A stretch of DNA of 64,000 nucleotides from an uncultured bacterium (GTDB taxonomy: Bacteria; Eisenbacteria; RBG-16-71-46). The stretch is from NCBI GenBank assembly GCA_964609125.1, contig CAZSQX010000009.1, positions 33,887-97,886 of the forward strand. Direction: 5' to 3'. Below the pieces are notes generated by a model. The model did not search any database. It was not told where the DNA came from and saw nothing but the letters and a program-made list of their open reading frames with translations. Position 1 is the stretch's first letter; the number at the start of each line of letters is the position of its first letter. A program made the position numbers and the translations under genes. Below are positions 34,762 through 42,937 of the stretch, one piece after another.

Positions 34762-35652
34762 TCAGGCCCGCCGCGCGCCGGCGGGCGAGCCCTGCACCGC
34801 CTCGTGCACGCGCATCGCCTCGTCCAGGAACGCGGCCGCATGCGCGAGCGGGAGCTGCGTGGCCGCGTCCGAGAGCGCGCGCTCGGGCTCGGGGTGCGTC
34901 TCGAAGAACAGGCCGTCCACGCCGCAGGCCACCGCCGCGCGCATGAGCGGGAACGCGAACCGCGTGTCGCCGCCCGTCTCGCCGGCGCGCGCCGCACGGA
35001 CGTCGCGCCCGCCCGCCGCCCCGGACCCACCTTCCGGATGGGCGTCGCGCCGCTGCAGGCTGTGCGTGGCGTCGAACAGCACGGGCCACCCGAGCTCGCG
35101 CATGGTGACGAGGCCGCGCATGTCCACCACCAGGTCCCCGTGGCCGAACGTGGTGCCGCGCTCGGTGAGCAGGATGCGCTCGGCGCCTGCGCCGCGCAGC
35201 TTCTCGACCACGAGGCGCATGTCGGCGGGCGCCAGGAACTGGCCCTTCTTCACGTTCACCGCGCGACCCGTGCGGGCGGCGGCCTCGAGCAGCGCCGTCT
35301 GCCGGCACAGGAAGGCCGGGATCTGGAGCGCGTCGGCCACCTCGGCCGCGGCGCGAGCCTCGCCGGACTCGTGGATGTCCGTGATCACCGGCACGCCCAG
35401 CTCGCGCTTCACGCGCGCCAGCGCCTCGAGCCCCTCGTCGCCGGGGAGCCCCGCAAACGTTGCGCCGCTCGAACGGTTGGCCTTCCGGTAGCTGGCCTTG
35501 AACACGTACGGGAGCCCGCGCTTCGCGGTCAGCTCCTGGAGCCGCGCGGCCACGCTGAGGCAGAGCTCGGCGCTCTCCACCACGCACGGGCCGGCCACGA
35601 CCAGCAGCGCGGGGCCGCCGGCGGCGGCGTCGCCGATCCGGAACGCGTTCAC
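34762..35652 (-). CDS. kdsA: 2-dehydro-3-deoxyphosphooctonate aldolase (KDO-8-phosphate synthase)
   Basis: VNAFRIGDAAAGGPALLVVAGPCVVES...PYVFKASYRKANRSS...PVITDIHE...FDATHSLQ... are KdsA hallmarks. GTG at 35652 overlaps the pyrG stop. Confidence 0.88.
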   Translation of the reverse strand: MNAFRIGDAAAGGPALLVVAGPCVVESAELCLSVAARLQELTAKRGLPYVFKASYRKANRSSGATFAGLPGDEGLEALARVKRELGVPVITDIHESGEARAAAEVADALQIPAFLCRQTALLEAAARTGRAVNVKKGQFLAPADMRLVVEKLRGAGAERILLTERGTTFGHGDLVVDMRGLVTMRELGWPVLFDATHSLQRRDAHPEGGSGAAGGRDVRAARAGETGGDTRFAFPLMRAAVACGVDGLFFETHPEPERALSDAATQLPLAHAAAFLDEAMRVHEAVQGSPAGARRA

Positions 35653-37325
35653 GCGCGCGGGGCCTCGGCGCGCGGGCCCTTCTCGGCGGCGGGCGCGTAG
35701 TCGTTGTTGCCGAGCCGTGCGGCGCGGCGCTCGAGCGAGGCGCGCACGAAGTCGCGGAACAACGGGTGCGGCTCGTGCGGCCGGCTCCGAAGCTCGGGGT
35801 GGAACTGGACGGCGAGGAACCACGGATGGTCCGGCAGCTCGATGATCTCGACCAGCTCACGTCCCACGCACTTGCCCGAGAGCACGAGGCCGCGCGAGGT
35901 GAGCTGCTGGGCGTAGCGGTTGTTCAGCTCGTAACGATGCCGGTGTCGCTCGTTCACCTCGGGCACGTCGTACGCCCGGATCGCGAGGCTCCCCGGGCGC
36001 AGCGCGCAGCGGTAGGCGCCCAGCCGCATGGTGCCGCCCTTCTCGGTGACGGCGGCCTGGTCGGCGAGCAGGTCGATGACCTTGTGCTCGCTCGCCGGGT
36101 CGAACTCGCTGGAGTTGGCGTCGGCCCAGCCCACGACGTTTCGCGCGAACTCGATGGTGGCCACCTGCATGCCGAGACAGATGCCGAAGTAGGGCACGCT
36201 CTTCTCGCGCGCGAACCGCGCCGCGGCGATCTTGCCCTCGATGCCGCGCTCGCCGAAGCCGCCCGGCACCAGGACGCCGTCCGCGTCGCCGAGCATGGCC
36301 GGCGCGCCCTTCGACTCCACGTCGGTGCTCTCGACCCAGCGCAGGTTCACGCGCGCCCGGTTCGCGGCCCCTGAGTGGACGAACGCCTCGATGATGCTCT
36401 TGTAGGCGTCGCGCACGTGCGTGTACTTGCCGACCACGGCGATCTCGCACTGCTTCTCGGGCTTCGTCACCCGGCGCACGAACTCGTTCCAGGCGTGCAG
36501 GTCCGGCGGCTGCATGCTCTTGTCCGGCAGGCCGAGCATGTCCACCACGAGGTCGTCGAGGCCGCCGTCGTGGAACACGCCCGGGACCTCGTAGATGCTG
36601 CCCACGTCGGTGGCGGCGATGACCGCCTCGGCCGGGACGTTGCAGAAGAGGGCGATCTTCTCGCGCACGTCGGAGGACAGCGGAGTCTCGCTCCGGCACA
36701 GCAGGATGTCGGGCTGGATGCCGATCTCGCGCAGCTCCTTCACGGAGTGCTGCGTGGGCTTGGTCTTCACCTCGCCCGCGGCCCTGATGAACGGAACCAG
36801 CGTGACGTGGACGAACAGCACGTCCTTCCGGTGCTCGAGCTTCAGCTGCCGGACGGCTTCCAGGAACGGCAGCGACTCGATGTCGCCGACGGTGCCGCCG
36901 ATCTCGACGATGTGCACGTCGGCCTCGGTCGTCAGCGACAGGGAGTGGATGCGCTTCTTGATCTCGTCGGTGACGTGCGGGATCACCTGCACGGTGCGGC
37001 CCAGATAGTCGCCGCGCCGCTCGCGCGACAGGATGGAGTCGTAGATCTGTCCCGCCGTGACGTTGTGGCCGCGCGTCACCGAGGTGTGCAGGAAGCGCTC
37101 GTAGTGCCCGAGGTCGAGGTCGGTTTCGGCGCCGTCGTCGGTGACGTAGACCTCGCCGTGCTGGAACGGGCTCATCGTGCCCGGGTCGATGTTCAGGTAG
37201 GGGTCGAGCTTCTGGATCGTGACCCGGAAGCCGCGCGCCTTGAGCAGCAGCCCCAGCGACGCCGCGGCGATCCCCTTGCCGAGCGACGAGACCACCCCAC
37301 CGGTCACGACGACGATCTTGGCCAT
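35649..37325 (-). CDS. pyrG: CTP synthase
   Basis: MAKIVVVTGGVVSSLGKGIAAASLGLLLKARGF... and C-terminal glutamine amidotransferase GICLGMQ. 558 aa. Confidence 0.95.
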   Translation of the reverse strand: MAKIVVVTGGVVSSLGKGIAAASLGLLLKARGFRVTIQKLDPYLNIDPGTMSPFQHGEVYVTDDGAETDLDLGHYERFLHTSVTRGHNVTAGQIYDSILSRERRGDYLGRTVQVIPHVTDEIKKRIHSLSLTTEADVHIVEIGGTVGDIESLPFLEAVRQLKLEHRKDVLFVHVTLVPFIRAAGEVKTKPTQHSVKELREIGIQPDILLCRSETPLSSDVREKIALFCNVPAEAVIAATDVGSIYEVPGVFHDGGLDDLVVDMLGLPDKSMQPPDLHAWNEFVRRVTKPEKQCEIAVVGKYTHVRDAYKSIIEAFVHSGAANRARVNLRWVESTDVESKGAPAMLGDADGVLVPGGFGERGIEGKIAAARFAREKSVPYFGICLGMQVATIEFARNVVGWADANSSEFDPASEHKVIDLLADQAAVTEKGGTMRLGAYRCALRPGSLAIRAYDVPEVNERHRHRYELNNRYAQQLTSRGLVLSGKCVGRELVEIIELPDHPWFLAVQFHPELRSRPHEPHPLFRDFVRASLERRAARLGNNDYAPAAEKGPRAEAPRA

Positions 37326-37419
37326 GGCCCTCATCTCCCTGTCGGGGGCTGCGCGCTGCTATGAAGTCGGATGAACGAAGTGACCCAAACGTCTGTTCGC
37401 GAACGGGTTGAAGTGCGCA

Positions 37420-38217
37420 CTACCGAACGGTGCGGCCGGCCTCCTGGGTGACCCGACGCGGCCCGCGGCGCTCCAGGGCCGCGAGCTGCTCGGGTGTGTC
37501 CACGCCGGCGAACGGCTGCTCGCCCAGGACCACCCGGATGCGCACGCCGCGCTCGAGCGCCCGCAGCTGCTCGAGCCGCTCGGCCTGCTCCAGTCGCCCC
37601 GGCGGCCACGACGCGAACGCCAGCAGGAGCCCGCGCCGGAAAGCATACACGCCCGCATGGCGGAGCGCCGGACCGCCCCGCGAGCCGCCCGCGATGTCGG
37701 CGCGGCTGAAGTAGAGCGCGAAGCCGGCGGCGTCCAGCACCACCTTCACGACGTCCGGCGACCCCAGCGCCGAGGAGTCCGGCTCGTGATGCGCGATCGT
37801 CCCCATCTCGAGCGATTCGTCGGCGCGCATGGCCTCGACGAGCCGCGAGACCGCCGCCGACTCCAGCTCCGGCTCGTCGCCCTGGAGGTTCAGCACGACG
37901 GCGGCGCCCGGCCGCCGCCGCGCCACCTCGGCGACGCGGTCGGTGCCGCTCGCGCACTCGGGCGAAGTCATCTCGACCGCGGCCCCGAAGCCGCGCGCCA
38001 CCGAGGCGATCCGCTCGTCGTCCGTGGCGACCACCAGCTCGTCCAGTCCGCCCGCGGCGCGCGCCCGCTCCCAGACGTGCTGGAGCATGGGCTTCCCCCA
38101 CAGCTTCGCGAGGGGCTTGCCCGGAAAGCGAGACGCGCCGTAGCGGGCGGGGATGACGCCCAGCACGGCGCGAGCGGATTCGGCAGGACCCGTTGGCACG
38201 GGATTGGAAAATAGCAC
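37420..38217 (-). CDS. kdsB: 3-deoxy-manno-octulosonate cytidylyltransferase (CMP-KDO synthetase)
   Basis: ...VLGVIPARYGASRFPGKPLAKLWGKPMLQHVWERA...NLQGDEPEL... The exact start is uncertain (ATG at 38217 or an internal site). Confidence 0.85.
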   Translation of the reverse strand: MLFSNPVPTGPAESARAVLGVIPARYGASRFPGKPLAKLWGKPMLQHVWERARAAGGLDELVVATDDERIASVARGFGAAVEMTSPECASGTDRVAEVARRRPGAAVVLNLQGDEPELESAAVSRLVEAMRADESLEMGTIAHHEPDSSALGSPDVVKVVLDAAGFALYFSRADIAGGSRGGPALRHAGVYAFRRGLLLAFASWPPGRLEQAERLEQLRALERGVRIRVVLGEQPFAGVDTPEQLAALERRGPRRVTQEAGRTVR

Positions 38218-38271
38218 GTGGCCGGAGCCGGGTCGAATCGGCGCCGAAGGTGCGGCGGAGTGGCGGATCCC

Positions 38272-39204
38272 CTACCCCTTCAGCTCCCCGACCATGTCCG
38301 ACACGTCCTTCGCCGACTTGTGCAGCGCCGCCTGGTCGGCGTCCGACAGCTTGAGCTGCACGATCTTCTCCACGCCCTTCGCGCCCAGGATGATCGGCAC
38401 GCCGATGTACAGTCCCTTGAGTCCGTACTCGCCGTCGAGCGCCACCGAGCACGGCACCAGTCGCTTCTGATCGAGCAGGATGGCCTCGACCATCTCGACC
38501 GCGGACATGGCGGGCGCGTAGTAGGCCGAGCCGGTCTTGAGAAGCTTCACGATCTCGGCGCCGCCGTCGCGCGTGCGCTGGACGATCTGGGCCAGCCGCT
38601 CGGGCGCGATCAGCTCCTCCACCGGGATGCCGCCGGCCACCGTGTACTTCGTCACCGGGACCATCGAGTCGCCGTGGCCGCCCAGCACCATGGCCTGGAT
38701 GTCGGCGCCCGAGATGCCCAGCTCGATCGCCAGGAACGCGCGGAACCGGGCGCTGTCGAGGATGCCGGCCATGCCCAGCACGCGCTGCTTCGGCAGGCCG
38801 CTCACGTGCCCGAAGTACCAGGTCATCACGTCGAGGGGGTTCGTGACCACGACCACGACGGCGTTCGGGGCGTGCTGCTTCACCGCCTCGGCGGCGGGCT
38901 TGACGATCTCGGCGTTCGCCTTGAGCAGGTCGGAGCGCGACATGCCGGGCTTCCGCGGGAAGCCGGCGGTCATGACGACGACGTCCGAGCCCTTCACGTC
39001 GGCGAGGTTCGTCGAACCGGTCATGCGCACGCCCTTGTGCCAGAGCGGCGCGGCCTCCTCCATGTCGAGCGCCTTGCCCTGCGGCATGCCCTCCATCTCG
39101 GGGCGGTCGATGAGCGTGACGTCGGCGAGCCCACGCTCCGCGATGTACAGCGCGGCGCTCGCGCCGACGTTGCCGGCGCCGATGACTGCGACCTTGTTCT
39201 TCAC
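38272..39204 (-). CDS. mdh: malate dehydrogenase (LDH-like MDH family)
   Basis: VKNKVAVIGAGNVGASAALYIAERGLADVTLIDR...VVVVTNPLDVMT... GTG start with RBS GGAGGG. Confidence 0.92.
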   Translation of the reverse strand: MKNKVAVIGAGNVGASAALYIAERGLADVTLIDRPEMEGMPQGKALDMEEAAPLWHKGVRMTGSTNLADVKGSDVVVMTAGFPRKPGMSRSDLLKANAEIVKPAAEAVKQHAPNAVVVVVTNPLDVMTWYFGHVSGLPKQRVLGMAGILDSARFRAFLAIELGISGADIQAMVLGGHGDSMVPVTKYTVAGGIPVEELIAPERLAQIVQRTRDGGAEIVKLLKTGSAYYAPAMSAVEMVEAILLDQKRLVPCSVALDGEYGLKGLYIGVPIILGAKGVEKIVQLKLSDADQAALHKSAKDVSDMVGELKG

Positions 39205-39348
39205 GGGATCCCTCCAGCGTGGCGGCCGGCGCCGGCGGCGTCCGGGGACGGGCGACGGCGGGCGGGGTTCAGGTCAGCGAAACGCCGCCACCGTTCGAAT
39301 GGGGCCGGTGGCGGCGCGAGTCGCGGTTGTTGCCGGGAAGCGGGAGGA

Positions 39349-39618
39349 CTAGTTGGTCTCGGCCACCGACGGCACGACGTGGACCCGCTTCCGCGTGCGG
39401 CCGAAGCGCGAGAACTCCACCTTGCCGTCCACGAGCGCGAACAGCGTGTCGTCCTTGGCCCGGGACACGTTGCGCCCGGGGAAGAACACGGTGCCGCGCT
39501 GGCGCACGATGATGGTGCCCGCGGTCACGCTCTCGCCGCCGAAGCGCTTGATGCCGAGCCGCTTCGCATTGGAGTCGCGACCGTTCTTGGTCGAGGACTG
39601 ACCCTTCTTGTGAGCCAT
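39349..39618 (-). CDS. rpmA: 50S ribosomal protein L27
   Basis: [43 protein letters not shown]. Confidence 0.97.
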   Translation of the reverse strand: MAHKKGQSSTKNGRDSNAKRLGIKRFGGESVTAGTIIVRQRGTVFFPGRNVSRAKDDTLFALVDGKVEFSRFGRTRKRVHVVPSVAETN

Positions 39619-39631
39619 GGCGCTCTCTCCT

Positions 39632-39943
39632 TCAGCCGGAGATCGAGGTCACGCGGATGCGCGTGAGCTCGTCGCGGTAGCCGCGGCGGCGGCGATACTC
39701 GCGCCGGCGCTTGAACTTGAAGATGCGGAGCTTCTCGCCGCGCCGGTGCTCGAGGATCTCGGCCGAGACCTTCGCGCCCTTCACGGTGGGGCGGCCGACC
39801 GAGATCCGGTCGCCGTCGCCCACGAGCAGCACCTGGTCGAAGGTGAGCTCGTGGCCGGGCTCGCCCTCGAGGCGCGGCACGTCGAGGACTTCCTCGGGCG
39901 TGACCTTGGTCTGCACACCCGAGATGTGCACGATCGCGTACAT
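39632..39943 (-). CDS. rplU: 50S ribosomal protein L21
   Basis: [27 protein letters not shown]... 103 aa. RBS GCCAGGAGAG. Confidence 0.95.
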   Translation of the reverse strand: MYAIVHISGVQTKVTPEEVLDVPRLEGEPGHELTFDQVLLVGDGDRISVGRPTVKGAKVSAEILEHRRGEKLRIFKFKRRREYRRRRGYRDELTRIRVTSISG

Positions 39944-40171
39944 GGGGACTGGCTCTCCTGGCGGCCGCGGGACGAGGTCCCGGAGCATTCGGATGGGCCC
40001 ACCCGGGGGGCCCGGGCCGGCCGGCCCTCCCGCGCCGTACGGCCGGAGGGTGGTGGTGGAACCGGGATTCTCTATCATGGCGCGCGAGTCGATGTCAATC
40101 GGGCCGCGCGCAGTGGCTTGCGGGCCCGGCCCGGCGCCAGCCCCGTGCTCCCGAACCGAACGGAGTCCCCG

Positions 40172-40879
40172 ATGCGTACGACCCTCGAACCACCCGCGCC
40201 CGCGCCACCGCGCTCCGACCTGCGCCGGCCGCCGGCCGCCGTGTCGCGGCCGCTCGCGTCCGCGGACCCCGACCCGGCCCGACCGCGGCCGGGCCCTGGC
40301 TTCCGCCCGCTCGCCCTCACGCTGCTCGCCCTGGAACTCTTCGCCTGCGCCCCCGTGGTGCCGGCGAGCGGGCCGCCCGGCTCCGCTTCCCCCCCGCGCG
40401 CGGTCTCGCCGGCGGCGCGGCTCGACGCCGACGACCCGCTCTGCGCTCCGCTCCTCCTCGAGGCCGACCCGGGCTTCGGAACGCACGTGGTGCTCCGCCG
40501 CCTGCCCACGGCAGCGGACTTCGACGACCTGAGCTTCATCACCGGGCTCCGCCAGGTGATCGTGGCGCTCCCCGAGTGGCCGTCCGGCTACGCGGACATC
40601 CGCCCGATCCAGCAGGCGATCCTTCCGGCCGGCACCGAGCTGCTGGTCCTGCTCCCCGGCTGGCCACCGACGCGCGAGGCGCTCGGCGCGTGGAACCTGC
40701 TCACCGCGAGCCTGCGCGTCATCCTGGTCGTGGACGGCCCGCCGGCGGACCGCGCGCTCATCCTGGAGCTCAACCGCATGCGTCCGCTCGAGCGCGTGAT
40801 CGCGCAGATGGATCACCCGTCGCGGAGCGGCTTCGAGCGGCTGCAGCGGCCGCTCTCGTTCCGTGTGCTGCGGAACTGA
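40172..40879 (+). CDS. hypothetical lipoprotein with Pro-rich N-terminal region
   Basis: MRTTLEPPAPAPPRSDLRRPPAAVSRPLASADPDPARPRPGPGFRPLALTLLALELFACAPV (candidate lipobox LFAC). No family recognised. Confidence 0.4.
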   Translation: MRTTLEPPAPAPPRSDLRRPPAAVSRPLASADPDPARPRPGPGFRPLALTLLALELFACAPVVPASGPPGSASPPRAVSPAARLDADDPLCAPLLLEADPGFGTHVVLRRLPTAADFDDLSFITGLRQVIVALPEWPSGYADIRPIQQAILPAGTELLVLLPGWPPTREALGAWNLLTASLRVILVVDGPPADRALILELNRMRPLERVIAQMDHPSRSGFERLQRPLSFRVLRN

Positions 40880-40889
40880 CGGCCGGCCC

Positions 40890-41147
40890 TCAGCTCCGCG
40901 TGTACCGCCACAGCGCGCGGCCGAACATCGCGATGCCCACCACCCACGGCAGCCCGCCCACGGCGAAGAGCCAGGGGTAGTCCGGGGCGCGCAGCGCCCA
41001 GGCGAAGATCAGCGTGCCCGCCACGGCGAACAGGCTCGCGCCCACCATGCTGGCGACCGCCCGTTCGCGCGCCTTGGAATCGACCTCGGCAGGCGGGCTC
41101 TGGGTTCGCTCCTGGGCAGGGTCGTCCGGACCCGTGGCCTGGGTCAC
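40890..41147 (-). CDS. small membrane protein (2 predicted TM helices)
   Basis: 85 aa: ...MVGASLFAVAGTLIFAWALRAPDYPWLFAVGGLPWVVGIAMFGRAL. Confidence 0.4.
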   Translation of the reverse strand: MTQATGPDDPAQERTQSPPAEVDSKARERAVASMVGASLFAVAGTLIFAWALRAPDYPWLFAVGGLPWVVGIAMFGRALWRYTRS

Positions 41148-41352
41148 GCGCGCCTCCCGCGGGCGGGGGGACCCGATCGGTGGGATCTGGGGATGCTCCC
41201 GGCGCGGGGGATACCGGGCGAACTGGCGACCCGGTCACGCTACGCCTCGCGGGACCGCCATCGCAAGGGCCAGTTCGCGCCACGCCCGCCTGGCCCCGGC
41301 GAGCCCTCGCCTCGCCGGGGACGCGGGTCGCGGGAACGTGCGCACCCGGAGC

Positions 41353-42903
41353 TCACGTCCCCGGCACCGCCCCCACGACCTGCTTGGTCAGGTCGGCCTT
41401 CTTGTCGCTCAGGACGCGCATCTCGCCGCGCTTGAGCTGGGGGTCGTCCTTGAGGTCCACCTGCAGCTTGAAGCGCTTCTCCAACTCCGCGAACCGCCTC
41501 GCCTCGGCCTCGACGAAGTAGAGCGCCACGTCGGGCGACACCTTCACGGTGATGCGCCGGTGGCCGCCCAGCGCCGTCACCCGTCGCATCGCGCGCTCGA
41601 GCTTCACGAGCATGGTCTCGTTGCTCGGCACCTTGCCGAGGCCGCCGCAGGTGGGGCAGTCCTCGGTGTAGTAGTGGAGCAGCGACGAGCGCTCGCGCTG
41701 CCGCGTCATCTCGACCAGGCCCAGGTCCGAGACCGCGAAGGCCTTGGTGCGGGCCCGGTCCTTCCGCAGCTCGTTCCGCAGCGTGTCGAGCACGGCGCGC
41801 TTGTTGGACTCCGACTCCATGTCGATGAAGTCCACCACGATGATGCCGCCGATGTCGCGCAGCCGGAGCTGGCGCGGCACCTCCACGGCGGCCTCCATGT
41901 TGGTGCGGAAGATGGTCTCCTCCTGGTTCTTCTTCCCGGTGAACCGGCCGGTGTTCACGTCCACCGCGACGAGCGCCTCGGCGTGGTCGATGCAGATGTA
42001 GCCGCCCTTCTTCAGCCACACCTTCCGCTCGAAGGTCTTCTCGATCTGCGGCTCGATGCCGAACGCGTCGAAGATGGGGTCCTTGCCCTTGTAGTGCCTG
42101 ACCCGGTCCGCCAGCTCCGGGCTCACGGCCTTGAGATACCCCTGGATCTCCGAGAACGAATCGGGGTCGTCGATGAACACCTCCTCGACTTCATCGGTGA
42201 AGAGGTCGCGGATCAGGCCCGCCGACATCTCCAGCTCGCGGTGGAGCAGCGCCGGCGGCCGGGCGCTCGCCGACTTCTTCTCGATCTTCTGCCACAGCCG
42301 CGTGAGGTGCCGGATGTCGGCGGCGTACTCGGCGTCGCCCTTGCCCTCGCCCGCCGTGCGGGCGATCACGCCGACGCCCTTCGGTTTCAGGTCCGAGAGG
42401 ATGGCCTTGATGCGCTGGCGCTCGGCGCGCTCCTCGATCCGGCGCGAGACGCCGATGTGGTCCACGCCCGGCATCAGCACGCAGAAGCGGCCCGGCAGGC
42501 TCACCTGCTGGGTCACGCGCGGGCCCTTGGTGCCGATGGACTCCTTGGTGATCTGGACCAGTACCTCCTGGCCCTTCTTCAAGTGGTCCTCGATCTTGGG
42601 CACCGGCGCGCGGCGGCGGCGCTTGGGGTCGCCGGTCGTCTCGTCGGCGTCCGAGAGATCCTCGAGGCCCGAGAGCGACTCGGCCAGGTCCGAGGCGTGC
42701 AGGAACCCGGTCTTCGGCAGCCCCATGTCCACGAACGCGGACTGCATCCCCGGCAGCACCGCGTTCACGCGGGCCTTGTAGATGTCCCCCACGTTCCGGC
42801 GCTGCTCGGCGCGTTCCACGAACAGCTCCGCCAGCTCGTCGTTCTCGAGGATCGCGACGCGGGTCTCATAGGAGTCCGCGTTGATGATGATGCGCTGTTT
42901 CAC
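41353..42903 (-). CDS. rng: ribonuclease G/E family endoribonuclease (Rng/CafA-like)
   Basis: VKQRIIINADSYETRVAILENDELAELFVERAEQRRNVGDIYKARV (S1 domain)...GGIIVVDFIDMESE...CPTCGGLG. GTG at 42903 with RBS GGAAGGA. 516 aa. Confidence 0.9.
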   Translation of the reverse strand: MKQRIIINADSYETRVAILENDELAELFVERAEQRRNVGDIYKARVNAVLPGMQSAFVDMGLPKTGFLHASDLAESLSGLEDLSDADETTGDPKRRRRAPVPKIEDHLKKGQEVLVQITKESIGTKGPRVTQQVSLPGRFCVLMPGVDHIGVSRRIEERAERQRIKAILSDLKPKGVGVIARTAGEGKGDAEYAADIRHLTRLWQKIEKKSASARPPALLHRELEMSAGLIRDLFTDEVEEVFIDDPDSFSEIQGYLKAVSPELADRVRHYKGKDPIFDAFGIEPQIEKTFERKVWLKKGGYICIDHAEALVAVDVNTGRFTGKKNQEETIFRTNMEAAVEVPRQLRLRDIGGIIVVDFIDMESESNKRAVLDTLRNELRKDRARTKAFAVSDLGLVEMTRQRERSSLLHYYTEDCPTCGGLGKVPSNETMLVKLERAMRRVTALGGHRRITVKVSPDVALYFVEAEARRFAELEKRFKLQVDLKDDPQLKRGEMRVLSDKKADLTKQVVGAVPGT

Positions 42904-42937
42904 GGCGTCCTTCCCGGACGCGCGTTCGGGCTTCCGC